From Synechococcus sp. (GTDB lineage: Bacteria > Cyanobacteriota > Cyanobacteriia > PCC-6307 > Cyanobiaceae): a DNA stretch of 64,000 nucleotides. The stretch lies in assembly GCA_047285805.1 (NCBI GenBank), contig JBJBCN010000003.1, forward strand, positions 576,001 to 640,000, given 5' to 3'. Below the pieces are notes generated by a model. That model saw nothing but the letters and a program-made list of their open reading frames with translations, did not search any database and was not told where the DNA came from. This document shows, piece by piece, positions 21,441 through 30,745 of the stretch (the first letter of the stretch is position 1; each line of letters begins with the position of its first letter). The position numbers were made by a program, and so were the translations under genes.

Positions 21441-22465
21441 CCCCCCAGGTAGGCCATCTCCGCTTTGGGCTGCCCCGCGCGGGACGAGCGCTCTTCGCTG
21501 TAGCGGTCCTGGCGTTGACTCCAGAGCTGGCCCATCACGCGGCGTAGCTCGCTTGGGCTCTGCAGCCAAGGCTTGAGGTCTTGGCCTTTGGAGGCAAAGA
21601 GGCAGGTGTAGGCCATCCCATTGGCGGTGACCCGCAGCCGGTCGCAATCGCCGCAGAAGGGTTGGCTGATCGAGGCCACCACGGCGACCAAGCCGTTGCC
21701 ATCGTGGTAACGCCAGCGGCTGGCGGTGCCATGAGCTGCACGCCCTAGGGGCTCTAGGGGCCAGTGGCGGCTGAGGCGCTGGATCATTTCATCGGCGGGG
21801 ACCACGTCCTCGGGGGACCAGCCATTGCGGTTGCCCACATCCATGGTTTCGATCAGCCGCAACTCCAGGCCGTGCGCTCGGGCGAGGGCGGCGAGGGGGA
21901 GCAGTTGATCGTCATTGCGTCCGCGTTGGATCACGCTGTTGAGCTTGAGCGCCCCTGCGGCCGGATCAAATCCAGCGGCCTTGGCCGCGGTGATGGCCGC
22001 CAGGACCTGCTCCAAGAGCTGCTCCCCCTGCTGCGGCCGGCCACTCATCTCCCCCACGCGCTTGGGGTCGACGGCATCGAGGCTGATGGTGATGCGTTGC
22101 AGCCCGGCTTGCCGCAGCCGCAGGGCGCGGGCTGGGCTGAGTAGGACGCCATTGGTCGTCAGCGCGCTGTCTTTCAAGGCCCTGAGGGGGCTGTCTGCTT
22201 CCCGGCGGCCCTGGTCGATCGCCTCGAGCAGGTCGTTGAGATCGGGGGCCAAGAGCGGTTCGCCGCCGGTTAAGCGCAGCCTGCTGACCCCCAAGCTGCA
22301 GGCTGCTTCGATCACCCGCAGCCGCTGTTGCGTGCTCAGCCTGTCGGCGGGTTCTTGGCCGTCGGGCTGGCAGTAGGGGCACGCCAAGTTGCAGCGCGCA
22401 GTCAGGGAAAGCCGCAGGACTCCCAGGGGACGCTGGAGTTGATCGGTGGCGGCTGCTGCGCTCAT
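21437..22465 (-). CDS. moaA: GTP 3',8-cyclase
   Basis: CNLACPYC, LTGGEPL, FCGDCDRLR, C-terminal MAYLGG. Confidence 0.95.
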   Translation of the reverse strand: MSAAAATDQLQRPLGVLRLSLTARCNLACPYCQPDGQEPADRLSTQQRLRVIEAACSLGVSRLRLTGGEPLLAPDLNDLLEAIDQGRREADSPLRALKDSALTTNGVLLSPARALRLRQAGLQRITISLDAVDPKRVGEMSGRPQQGEQLLEQVLAAITAAKAAGFDPAAGALKLNSVIQRGRNDDQLLPLAALARAHGLELRLIETMDVGNRNGWSPEDVVPADEMIQRLSRHWPLEPLGRAAHGTASRWRYHDGNGLVAVVASISQPFCGDCDRLRVTANGMAYTCLFASKGQDLKPWLQSPSELRRVMGQLWSQRQDRYSEERSSRAGQPKAEMAYLGG

Positions 22466-23049
22466 GCCATCAGCCTGGCGCGCTCGGCCGGGGTGTTCGC
22501 ATTGATCAGCGGCTGGGCTGGGAGCACTACAGCTTGATGGGGGATGGTGGCGAGCCAGGCATGCCAGCGCCGCTCCCCGTTGGCCAGCACTTCGGCCAGC
22601 CCGTTGTGTTGCCCGGCTCCACCGGGATAGATCCCCATCAGGGGCTGCAGCCGCACCCCGTCATGGGCCACGGCAGCTTGGCTGGGTAAGAGCCTCCACT
22701 GTGCAATAAGGGATTCCAGCGTGCTTCGGTTTAGCTGGGGCATGTCCACCGGTGTGACCAGAAGGGCGCTGTCGCTGTCCCTGGGAAGAACCAGCTGCAA
22801 GGCGTGCAGGGGGCCTTGGGCGGGTGCGGGCTCTAGGGCCAGCGCAACCCGCTCGAGCTCGGCGATCAGGTCGGCATGGCTGCTGTGTTGGCTGCAGACC
22901 GCCACGGAGGAGCAGACCTGGCTCAACAGTGCAGCCGTATGGGACAGCCAGCTCCCGCCGTTGGGGTGTGGGAGAGCGGCTTTGTCATGGCCCATCCGCC
23001 GGCTGGCACCGCCGCAGAGCACTGCTCCCTGGAGCCGTATCGGAGTCAT
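22462..23049 (-). CDS. mobA: Molybdenum cofactor guanylyltransferase
   Basis: LCGGASRRMGHDKA, PVDMP, NANTP. Confidence 0.9.
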   Translation of the reverse strand: MTPIRLQGAVLCGGASRRMGHDKAALPHPNGGSWLSHTAALLSQVCSSVAVCSQHSSHADLIAELERVALALEPAPAQGPLHALQLVLPRDSDSALLVTPVDMPQLNRSTLESLIAQWRLLPSQAAVAHDGVRLQPLMGIYPGGAGQHNGLAEVLANGERRWHAWLATIPHQAVVLPAQPLINANTPAERARLMA

Positions 23050-23084
23050 CGCTGCACGATGTAGCCCCAGGAACCCCATTAAAC

Positions 23085-23098
23085 GTCGCTGTTGCTAC
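23085..23098 (-). promoter_or_regulatory. Putative NtcA box upstream of mobA-moaA
   Basis: Minus strand GTA-GCAACAGC-GAC (one mismatch to GTA-N8-TAC). Confidence 0.5.
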
Positions 23099-23195
23099 AA
23101 AACAGGTCTTGAACTGCTGTCTGCGGGATAAGTGATAAGCGCCGTTAATTCTCCTTATTAGAGGGCGATCTGCTTTGCGCTCGAGTTGTGCTTTG

Positions 23196-23209
23196 GTAGC
23201 TGTCGTTAC
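23196..23209 (+). promoter_or_regulatory. NtcA box upstream of nrtP-narB
   Basis: Perfect GTA-GCTGTCGT-TAC about 110 bp before nrtP. Confidence 0.8.
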
Positions 23210-23316
23210 CCGAGTCTCTGGGTGGCGAGTGGTCAAATTTATTCAGCGCTTAATGCGCTTCTCCCTGGTCGCTGCTTTTTTGAAGGCCTGGGCTTGTCCC
23301 ACTGTCCCTGTCCTCC

Positions 23317-24870
23317 ATGCTTAGCGATCTTTGGTCGCTCCAGGGGAGATATCGCACTCTTCATCTCACCTGGTTCGCCTTCTTCCTGACGTTCGTCGTC
23401 TGGTTCAATCTTGCTCCTCTAGCGACAACCGTTAAGGCCGACCTTGGCCTTGACCTGGGTCAAATTCGTACGGTTGCGATCTGCAACGTCGCTCTCACCA
23501 TTCCCGCTCGCGTGCTTATTGGCATGCTTCTGGACAAGTTCGGTCCCCGTAAGACTTACTCGGCCATTCTTGTTTTCTCGGTAATCCCGTGTTTGCTGTT
23601 TGCATCAGCACAGGACTTCAACCAGTTGGTGGTTGCTCGCCTACTGCTCTCCATCGTTGGTGCCGGATTCGTGATCGGTATCCGCATGGTGGCTGAGTGG
23701 TTCCCGCCGAAAGAGATCGGCCTTGCTGAAGGGATCTACGGCGGTTGGGGCAACTTTGGCTCGGCCTTCTCTGCACTGACTCTGGTTGGTCTGGCTGGCT
23801 TCCTCTCCTTCTCCGGCGGCTTCGAGCTCCCGACTGGTGCCATCTTGAATTGGCGTGGAGCGATTGCCCTAACCGGCATCATTTCGGCCGTCTACGGGGT
23901 GATCTACTTCTTTAACGTTACCGACACTCCCCCCGGTAAGACCTACCAAAAGCCTGCCAAGACTGCCGGTCTTGAGGTGACCTCCATGAGGGACTTCTGG
24001 GGCCTGCTTGGAATGAATGTTCCCTTCGCGGCCATTCTCTGTGTACTCTGCTGGCGCTTGCAAAAAGTTGGTTTCCTGAACGCCGGCACTTATCCCCTGG
24101 CGCTCCTGGCGGTTCTTGTTTGGTTTGGATTCCAGACTTGGGGCATTATTCGCACCAACCGCGACCTGATCAACGGCATTAAGCAATACCCCAAGGAAGA
24201 CCGCTACGAGTTCAAGCAGGTCGCCATTCTGGAGCTCACCTACATTGTGAACTTCGGATCTGAGCTGGCCGTTGTCTCCATGCTGCCCACATTCTTCGAG
24301 ACTACATTTGATCTTCCGAAGGCAACCGCTGGCATCCTGGCTTCCTGTTTTGCCTTCGTGAACTTGGTTGCTCGCCCTGGTGGCGGCCTGATTTCCGATA
24401 AGCTCGGCAGCCGCAAAAACACCATGGCCTTCCTCACCGGAGGCCTGGGTATCGGATATTTGATAATGAGCATGATCAAGCCCGGCACGTTCTCCGGTTC
24501 CATGGGCATCACCGTCGCGGTTTTGATCACGATGCTCGCCTCGTTCTTCGTCCAGGCTGGTGAAGGCGCCACCTTCGCGCTGGTGCCCCTGGTCAAGAAG
24601 CGCGTCACAGGTCAGATCGCAGGTCTGGTTGGCGCCTACGGCAACGTTGGTGCAGTGACTTACCTCACTATCTTCAGCCTGCTGCCGATGTGGATGGGTG
24701 GCGGCAAGGATCCCTCTGCCGAGATCGTTGCTTCCTCCAACAGCGCCTTCTTCCAGATCCTTGGGATTGCCGGATTGATCGTCGCTTTCCTCTGCTTCTT
24801 CTTCCTTAAGGAGCCCAAAGGTTCCTTCTCTGAAGAGCACGCTGACGAGAAGCTGCTCGTCAACGCTTAA
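23317..24870 (+). CDS. nrtP: Nitrate/nitrite permease (MFS, NNP family)
   Basis: LHLTWFAFFL, GIYGGWGNFGS, GLVGAYGNVG; directly upstream of narB. Confidence 0.95.
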   Translation: MLSDLWSLQGRYRTLHLTWFAFFLTFVVWFNLAPLATTVKADLGLDLGQIRTVAICNVALTIPARVLIGMLLDKFGPRKTYSAILVFSVIPCLLFASAQDFNQLVVARLLLSIVGAGFVIGIRMVAEWFPPKEIGLAEGIYGGWGNFGSAFSALTLVGLAGFLSFSGGFELPTGAILNWRGAIALTGIISAVYGVIYFFNVTDTPPGKTYQKPAKTAGLEVTSMRDFWGLLGMNVPFAAILCVLCWRLQKVGFLNAGTYPLALLAVLVWFGFQTWGIIRTNRDLINGIKQYPKEDRYEFKQVAILELTYIVNFGSELAVVSMLPTFFETTFDLPKATAGILASCFAFVNLVARPGGGLISDKLGSRKNTMAFLTGGLGIGYLIMSMIKPGTFSGSMGITVAVLITMLASFFVQAGEGATFALVPLVKKRVTGQIAGLVGAYGNVGAVTYLTIFSLLPMWMGGGKDPSAEIVASSNSAFFQILGIAGLIVAFLCFFFLKEPKGSFSEEHADEKLLVNA

Positions 24871-24895
24871 TCCACCCCAACCAAGGGGTCTGTTC

Positions 24896-24924
24896 GGGGT
24901 GGCCATGGTGAGCCGCCCCTTTTT
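24896..24924 (+). terminator. Terminator-like hairpin between nrtP and narB
   Basis: GGGGTGGC-N8-GCCGCCCC followed by TTTTT. Confidence 0.6.
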
Positions 24925-24950
24925 CATTTGACGCTGTTTCGGTTGTGGTG

Positions 24951-27173
24951 ATGGCCTCCGGCAACGTGCGCAGCCAATGCCCCTACTGCGGGGTGGGCTG
25001 TGGTCTTGAGCTGATTCCACCGGCCTTGCCCGGCCAGGCGGTCAAGCGTGATGCCGAGGGCAATCCCATGTGGACGGCTCGGGGTGATCGCCAGCATCCC
25101 TCGAGCCTGGGCCAGGTCTGCATCAAGGGGGCGACCGTTGGCGAGACCTTGTGCCGGGGGCGGCTTCGTGAGCCCCTCTACCGCGCCAGCCTGGACGACC
25201 CGTTTCAACCCATCACTTGGGAGCAGGCGATGGACCTGCTGGTGGGCCGCATCCGCAGCACCTTGGCTACCAAGGGCCCCGATGCGATTGCGATGTATGG
25301 ATCGGGCCAGTTCCACACCGAGGACTACTACCTGGCTCAGAAGCTGTTGAAAGGTGCCCTGGGCACGAACAACTTCGATGCCAACTCGCGCCTGTGCATG
25401 AGCTCCGCGGTGGCGGGCTACACCCGCAGCCTGGGCTCCGATGGCCCCCCAGCGTGTTACGAGGATTTGGACCACTGCACGGTGGCCTTCCTGATCGGGA
25501 CCAACACCGCGGAATGCCACCCGGTGCTGTTTCAGCGCCTCTTGAAACGCAAAAAGCGCAATCCCGGCAGCGTGAAGATCGTCGTGGTCGATCCCCGCTT
25601 AACGGAGACCGCGAAGGCTGCGGATGTGCATTTGCCCATCGCTCCTGGTACGGACCTGGCGTTGCTCCACGGCCTTGCCCATCTAGTCCTTCGCGAAAAC
25701 GGCCAGGACCCAGCGTTCATAGACGATCACACCGACAACTACAAGGCCTTCTTTGATTTGGCGGCCCGCTGGACGCCGCGCAAAGTTGCTCGGTTCTGCA
25801 ACATTCCAGAAAAGCGGCTGCGGGAGGTGGCGGAGCTCTTTCACCGCCGTGAGCGCGTGCTCAGCCTGTGGTCGATGGGGGTCAACCAGCGGCGCGAAGG
25901 CACCGCGGTGGTGGGTGGTCTGATCAACCTGCATTTGCTGACCGCTCAGATCGGCAAGGAGGGTGCAGGTCCCTTTTCACTGACGGGCCAGCCGAATGCC
26001 ATGGGTGGACGCGAGGCCGGGGGCTTAGCCCATCTCCTGCCGGGCTACCGCTTTGTGACCAACCCTCAGCACCGCCAGGAGATTGAACAGGCCTGGAAGT
26101 TCCCAGCAGGACACATCGCGGCGGTCCCCGGCTTGGCGGCCTGGCAACAGGTTGAGGCGATGGAGCGGGGTGAGCTGGATTTGTGGTGGGTGGCCGCCAC
26201 CAACCCTTTGGTGAGCATGCCGGACCTCGACCGGGTCAAGGCCGCGATGCGGTGCTGTCCTTTGGTGGTGGTCAGCGACGCCTACGCCGATACCGAAACC
26301 TCCCACTACGCGCACCTTGTTCTGCCCGCTTCCCAATGGAGTGAAAAGGCTGGGGCGATGACCAATTCGGAGCGTCGGGTGACTTACTGCCCGGCCTACC
26401 GGCCCCGCCATGGCGAGAGCCGCCCGGATTGGGAGGTGTTTGCCGAGCTGGGTCGGCGTTTGGGTTTTGAGGAGCAATTCAGCTACGCCTCTGCTGCTGA
26501 GGTGTATGCGGAATTCAGTCAGCTCACGGCAGGCCGTCTCTGTGATGTCTCCGGTCTCAGTCACGCCTTGTTGGAGGAGGCGGGCCCGCAGCAATGGCCC
26601 TTCCCTGCGGGGGCGTCAGCCAGCGGTGAGGCCAAGCGGCTCTACAGCGACTATCAATTCGCAACGCCTTCGGGCCGTGCCCGCTTCTGCACGGATCAAC
26701 CCATGGGTCTTGCGGAGCCCCCCTGCGAGACCTACCCGTTCGTGCTCACCGTGGGCCGGTATCTCGGACACTGGCACACGATGACCCGCACGGGGAAGGT
26801 CGAGCGGTTGCAGACCATGCACCCAAAGCCCCTGTTGGAGGTGCATCCGCAAGATGCCCTAGAGCTGCAGTTGAGGGATGGGGAGCTCGCCGCCGTGAGC
26901 TCCCGCCGCGGACACATCACGGCGACTGTGAAGGTGACCGATCGCATTCGCCGGGGCTCCGTGTTTCTGCCGATGCATTGGGGATTCACCCAGGAGAATG
27001 CCTGTGAGGCCAACACCTTGATGCACGATCAGGCCTGCCCCGTCTCTAAGCAGCCCGAACTCAAGGCCTGCGCTGTGATCGTGGCTCCAGCGGTGTCGGT
27101 GGTGAAGCCGCTCGAGCAGGAGGCCGGCCGGCTCGATGCGCTCCGCCGCTGGTTTACGCCAGCACTTCGCTGA
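24951..27173 (+). CDS. narB: Ferredoxin-dependent assimilatory nitrate reductase
   Basis: CPYCGVGC...CIKG [4Fe-4S] motif, NSRLCMSSA, GQPNAMGGRE, SKQPELK. Confidence 0.97.
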   Translation: MASGNVRSQCPYCGVGCGLELIPPALPGQAVKRDAEGNPMWTARGDRQHPSSLGQVCIKGATVGETLCRGRLREPLYRASLDDPFQPITWEQAMDLLVGRIRSTLATKGPDAIAMYGSGQFHTEDYYLAQKLLKGALGTNNFDANSRLCMSSAVAGYTRSLGSDGPPACYEDLDHCTVAFLIGTNTAECHPVLFQRLLKRKKRNPGSVKIVVVDPRLTETAKAADVHLPIAPGTDLALLHGLAHLVLRENGQDPAFIDDHTDNYKAFFDLAARWTPRKVARFCNIPEKRLREVAELFHRRERVLSLWSMGVNQRREGTAVVGGLINLHLLTAQIGKEGAGPFSLTGQPNAMGGREAGGLAHLLPGYRFVTNPQHRQEIEQAWKFPAGHIAAVPGLAAWQQVEAMERGELDLWWVAATNPLVSMPDLDRVKAAMRCCPLVVVSDAYADTETSHYAHLVLPASQWSEKAGAMTNSERRVTYCPAYRPRHGESRPDWEVFAELGRRLGFEEQFSYASAAEVYAEFSQLTAGRLCDVSGLSHALLEEAGPQQWPFPAGASASGEAKRLYSDYQFATPSGRARFCTDQPMGLAEPPCETYPFVLTVGRYLGHWHTMTRTGKVERLQTMHPKPLLEVHPQDALELQLRDGELAAVSSRRGHITATVKVTDRIRRGSVFLPMHWGFTQENACEANTLMHDQACPVSKQPELKACAVIVAPAVSVVKPLEQEAGRLDALRRWFTPALR

Positions 27174-27621
27174 AGGCCGCCTCCAGGTTGTGGTGGTCAT
27201 GCCCTGGCCGCGCCAGCTTGCAGAGGGCAAAGCGCTCGAGCTCGTTGAGGGCCGACCACTCCTCAGGCTGAAGGGTGATGCCGCGGGTCTCGGCCGCGGC
27301 GGTAAGGAGCTCGGGAATCACGAGAGGGTTCTGCCAGGCCTCCTCGTTTGATATTGGCAGCGTTTTGGCCTGACCATCGGCCATGGACTCGGTGCACGTC
27401 AGCAGGTGTTTGCGCAGTTGATCCAGGTCCTCCGGCGTGTCCCTCCAGTCGACGAGGTTCTGCCGTTGCGTTTGGTTCAGGGCCAGCCAGTGGTTGAGCT
27501 TGAGCTTGACGCCACAGAGATCTAGCTTGCGGCGCACGCAGAGGGGAATGCAGCGCCAATTGCCGATGAAATCGCTTTCGAAGTCGAAGCAATGGCTTGC
27601 CGAGAGGGCCTCAGAGGTCAC
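27154..27621 (-). CDS. narM: Nitrate reductase-associated protein
   Basis: FDFESDF..RCIPLCVRRKLDLCGVKLKL and RFALCKLARPGH; convergent with narB; GTG start inferred. Confidence 0.85.
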   Translation of the reverse strand: MTSEALSASHCFDFESDFIGNWRCIPLCVRRKLDLCGVKLKLNHWLALNQTQRQNLVDWRDTPEDLDQLRKHLLTCTESMADGQAKTLPISNEEAWQNPLVIPELLTAAAETRGITLQPEEWSALNELERFALCKLARPGHDHHNLEAAFSEVLA

Positions 27622-27753
27622 GGCTGGACGTGGTTCTAGTAGTGATTTTGACGCTTCTGAGGATTGCTGGCAGTGGGGTGAACGGTTTGGTGTCAACGGC
27701 ACCCAAATGCGTCCGTTGATCTCTTCAAACTTTGTACATCCGATTGCTCAGCT

Positions 27754-27915
27754 ATGCGTCTCGCCGTTGTTCTTGGGGTTCTGCTGGGTGGCTCCCACGG
27801 CTGGCTGAGTAGCGATCGCTTGTTGGCCGGTTCGGCCGCGTGGTCCGTCGCGCCCGCTGCTTCTACAACGTTTTGGACCGGTTCAGCTGGCGATGGCTGG
27901 CTGGCGTTCCCATAG
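27754..27915 (+). CDS. Small hypothetical protein (53 aa), below ORF-track cutoff
   Basis: My translation: MRLAVVLGVLLGGSHGWLSSDRLLAGSAAWSVAPAASTTFWTGSAGDGWLAFP*; hydrophobic N-terminus. Confidence 0.5.
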   Translation: MRLAVVLGVLLGGSHGWLSSDRLLAGSAAWSVAPAASTTFWTGSAGDGWLAFP

Positions 27916-27942
27916 TGGTTGGGTTGAATCTCTTCTGCCGTC

Positions 27943-28140
27943 ATGGCAACCAAAACTGGAGTTGCGGCTCAGGGCCGCCATCCCTTGACCATCGCCACGG
28001 GTTTCTTGGGGGCCTTTGTTGTTGCGTCCTTGGGCGTTCAGCTCATCCGTAGCGCGTCCGTCTCAACCGCCGCACCTGCATCAGTGCAGCCCGTGATTGC
28101 CGGTCAAGCCGCGATGTGGCAAGTCCTGGGCCAACGCTGA
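27943..28140 (+). CDS. Small single-TM hypothetical protein (65 aa)
   Basis: RHPLTIATGFLGAFVVASLGVQL hydrophobic segment; fills the intergenic gap. Confidence 0.65.
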   Translation: MATKTGVAAQGRHPLTIATGFLGAFVVASLGVQLIRSASVSTAAPASVQPVIAGQAAMWQVLGQR

Positions 28141-28149
28141 GTTCGCTTC

Positions 28150-29214
28150 TCAACCCATCTCCTGGCGGAGCCGTTGGAGATGGGTCATGGCGGCCCCTGC
28201 GCTCAGCAATTCCCGGCAACGCTCAAGTCCGTTGGTTTGGGTGCTTTCGAGGCCGGCCTGCCAGAGGTAGGTGCCGGCATTCCAGACCAGGGCAGTTGCG
28301 AAGTCCCCTTGCCCGCCAAGGGCGGCCACGGCTTGGTTGCTCCAGGTCTCCAGTCCTTCCCAAAGAGGATCCGCCCCGTAGCAGGCGTTGTCCCTGGGAT
28401 GAAGGATTTGACGTCCCTCGTCCGTGGGGCGGGGTCGCCCGGTGACGCAAGCCCGGCTGATGGGTAGATCGGTGCTTCCTTCAAGGCCTTTCACGGTGAG
28501 TACGTTGGTTTCGCCGGCGAGATCGAGTGCTTTCCAGGCCCGCGCTTCGGTTGGTGGGTGCACAAAGCCACTGACCAGAAGATGCTCGCCTTGGTGCGCA
28601 GTCCAGAGCAGTTCCAGGCTCGCGAGTGGGGGGCGCTTGCCGAGGTCCTCTCGATAGGGAATCAGGGATTCCGCGTCGGGCAGGTGATCTGGTTGATGCA
28701 CCAGGGCTAGATCGCAGCACTGGAGCTTCTCTTGCACCCATGCAACGCTGCGGCCGGCTAGTTGGAGTCCCAGAGCGGAGAAGAGCTCCATGGCCGTGAT
28801 GCCGTACTTCACCGGAATCCGACCCGCCCCTTGCAGGACTACAGGAAGTCCGGCGGTGGCGAGCACCAGGGCGGTCAGGGGATAAATCGGGGCCGTTCGG
28901 GTCCGCCCGTCGAATGGCATGCCGAAGCTGATGGCTGGCTTCTCGGTCCTGAGTTGAGGGCCACGCTGGCGGTAAACATCGAGCATCCCGGTGAGTTCCT
29001 GGGGCTCGGGTCGGCGGATGCGGTGGGCGATCAGGAAGGCGCCGATTTGGGCCGGACTGGCCGCTCCGTCGAGCATGAGCTCGAGGGCATGGGCGGCCTC
29101 TTCCCGGCTGAGGCCACTGCTGGTGTGCTCGCCGCTGCCCACCTTCTGCAGATAGGTCTTGAACGTTGCTCGGCCTTGGGAGGTGCTGTCGGCGACGGGT
29201 GCGGCGATGCTCAT
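28150..29214 (-). CDS. cnaT: Anthranilate phosphoribosyltransferase-like protein (CnaT/YbiB type)
   Basis: KVGSGEHTS..LSREEA, AQIGAFLIAHRIRRP, FDGRTRT, KGLEGS; located in the nitrate cluster, as Anabaena cnaT is. Confidence 0.75.
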   Translation of the reverse strand: MSIAAPVADSTSQGRATFKTYLQKVGSGEHTSSGLSREEAAHALELMLDGAASPAQIGAFLIAHRIRRPEPQELTGMLDVYRQRGPQLRTEKPAISFGMPFDGRTRTAPIYPLTALVLATAGLPVVLQGAGRIPVKYGITAMELFSALGLQLAGRSVAWVQEKLQCCDLALVHQPDHLPDAESLIPYREDLGKRPPLASLELLWTAHQGEHLLVSGFVHPPTEARAWKALDLAGETNVLTVKGLEGSTDLPISRACVTGRPRPTDEGRQILHPRDNACYGADPLWEGLETWSNQAVAALGGQGDFATALVWNAGTYLWQAGLESTQTNGLERCRELLSAGAAMTHLQRLRQEMG

Positions 29215-29265
29215 GCCGACAGGGGAACACTGATTCGATTTTCTGCCTCAGCAGGCCCGGTTCCG

Positions 29266-29279
29266 GTAGCAGCGGCTAC
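29266..29279 (+). promoter_or_regulatory. NtcA box between the divergent cnaT-like gene and cynS
   Basis: Perfect GTA-GCAGCGGC-TAC; a second degenerate copy GTA-GCAATGGC-TGC at 29298-29311. Confidence 0.8.
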
Positions 29280-29407
29280 CAAGCGGTTCCTGGCTCCGTA
29301 GCAATGGCTGCGCTGCGCGTGCGTAACTGCGGCGATTCTTGTTGATGAACGGATGGTAGATCGCACTCCATTCTGTTCACTCTTCTCATCGCTATTGGCC
29401 TGTCTCC

Positions 29408-29890
29408 ATGACGGTTGCTCCCGTATCTATGCCTTCATTGGCTGCTCCTTCTCCAGCCACCATCACTGCCACATTGATGGCAGCGAAGAAGGCTAAAGGC
29501 CTGAGCTTTTCCGACCTTGAGTCCGCGCTGGGTCGTGACGAGGTTTGGATTGCTTCGTTGTTCTACGGCCAGTCCACTGCGTCGTCCGAAGAGGCTCAAA
29601 AGCTCGCCGAGCTCTTGAGTCTTGATCACGCCATTGCCGAGGCCCTGCAGGAATTTCCGACTAAGGGTGGCCTGGATCCCGTGATGCCCACCGATCCTTT
29701 GATCTATCGCTTCTACGAGATCATGCAGGTTTACGGGATGGCCCTCAAGGACGTTATTCAAGAGAAGTTTGGTGATGGAATTATGAGTGCTATCGACTTC
29801 ACTCTGGATGTCGACAAAGTTGAAGATCCCGCTGGTGACCGCGTCAAGGTGACGATGTGTGGCAAATTCCTTCCTTATAAAAAGTGGTGA
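29408..29890 (+). CDS. cynS: Cyanate hydratase (cyanase)
   Basis: [30 protein letters not shown]. Confidence 0.97.
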   Translation: MTVAPVSMPSLAAPSPATITATLMAAKKAKGLSFSDLESALGRDEVWIASLFYGQSTASSEEAQKLAELLSLDHAIAEALQEFPTKGGLDPVMPTDPLIYRFYEIMQVYGMALKDVIQEKFGDGIMSAIDFTLDVDKVEDPAGDRVKVTMCGKFLPYKKW

Positions 29891-29905
29891 TTTGATATCC
29901 CATGC

Positions 29906-29932
29906 AAAAGCCCCCGAATGGGGGCTTTTTTT
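29906..29932. terminator. Bidirectional intrinsic terminator
   Basis: AAAAGCCCCC-GAAT-GGGGGCTTTTTTT between convergent cynS and the HEAT gene. Confidence 0.88.
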
Positions 29933-29956
29933 AACGTCACCTGTGAACCTGACGCG

Positions 29957-30742
29957 TTAAGTGCCCATGGCTTGCTCAATCCAAACGCGATGCCTGACCT
30001 GGGCTTTTAGCTGACGCTCAAGCGCTTCTTCCAGCATGGTGCCGGCCAGTTGGCTCCTGAGTGCCATCAAATGTTTGCAGCTCTCGAGGCTGCCAATGCA
30101 GCCAAGGGCTTGCAGGGCTGTTTCGGCTACGCCTGGCAGGGCGTCGTCGCTGATGCAGCGGCTAATCGCTTCGAGAACCGTGGGTTCGTTGCGGCGCTGC
30201 AGCAGCTTGAGCGTCGCAATGACGATGTCGGCGCGGAAATCTTGGAGTAACGGGGCCGTCAGCCGAAGCATTTCGCTGGCTTCGAGGCTGCGGTTGCGGA
30301 AGGTCAGCAGCGTGAGTCCGGCGAGGCGATGGCTTTGGCCTGGGGCACGCAGTGCGTCTTGGATGATCTCGAAATCGATCAGGTTTCCCCAACACCCAAG
30401 AGCCTCGAGCACCTCTGGTTCCAGGTCGCCGGCATTCGGGAGCCAAGCCAAGAGTTGCTCGCAGGCTTGGGGGTGATGACAGATGCCAAGGGCGCGGATC
30501 AGCGGTTTCGTGATGCCCTGCGATTGACATAGGGGGAGAATCCAAGCAATGGCCTCGGGTCCGGCCATCCCCAAGCGCTCAGCGAGGCTTAGGGCAAGAG
30601 ATGGATCACAGACCCGAGGCAGAAAGTCACTGAGTTCTTCCAGGGAAAGGGGCTGTCGCCGCCAGCGTCCTAGCCGCTCGCTTAAAGCAGCTTCTTCATG
30701 GGGTGAAAGAAGGGTGGACACAGGGGCGACAGCAGTTGCCAT
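29957..30742 (-). CDS. HEAT-repeat (PBS lyase-like) protein, last gene of the nirA-focA run
   Basis: Repeated helical units (LIRALG, VLEALG, ALQALG); 3 bp after the focA stop. Confidence 0.7.
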   Translation of the reverse strand: MATAVAPVSTLLSPHEEAALSERLGRWRRQPLSLEELSDFLPRVCDPSLALSLAERLGMAGPEAIAWILPLCQSQGITKPLIRALGICHHPQACEQLLAWLPNAGDLEPEVLEALGCWGNLIDFEIIQDALRAPGQSHRLAGLTLLTFRNRSLEASEMLRLTAPLLQDFRADIVIATLKLLQRRNEPTVLEAISRCISDDALPGVAETALQALGCIGSLESCKHLMALRSQLAGTMLEEALERQLKAQVRHRVWIEQAMGT

Positions 30743-30745
30743 GGA

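Noticed and set aside
23317..24870. Lower GC of nrtP (also cynS) as a sign of recent horizontal transfer
   Set aside because: The T-ending codons (GGT, GTT, GCT) are equally explained by high-expression codon bias, and no mobility genes or boundaries are visible
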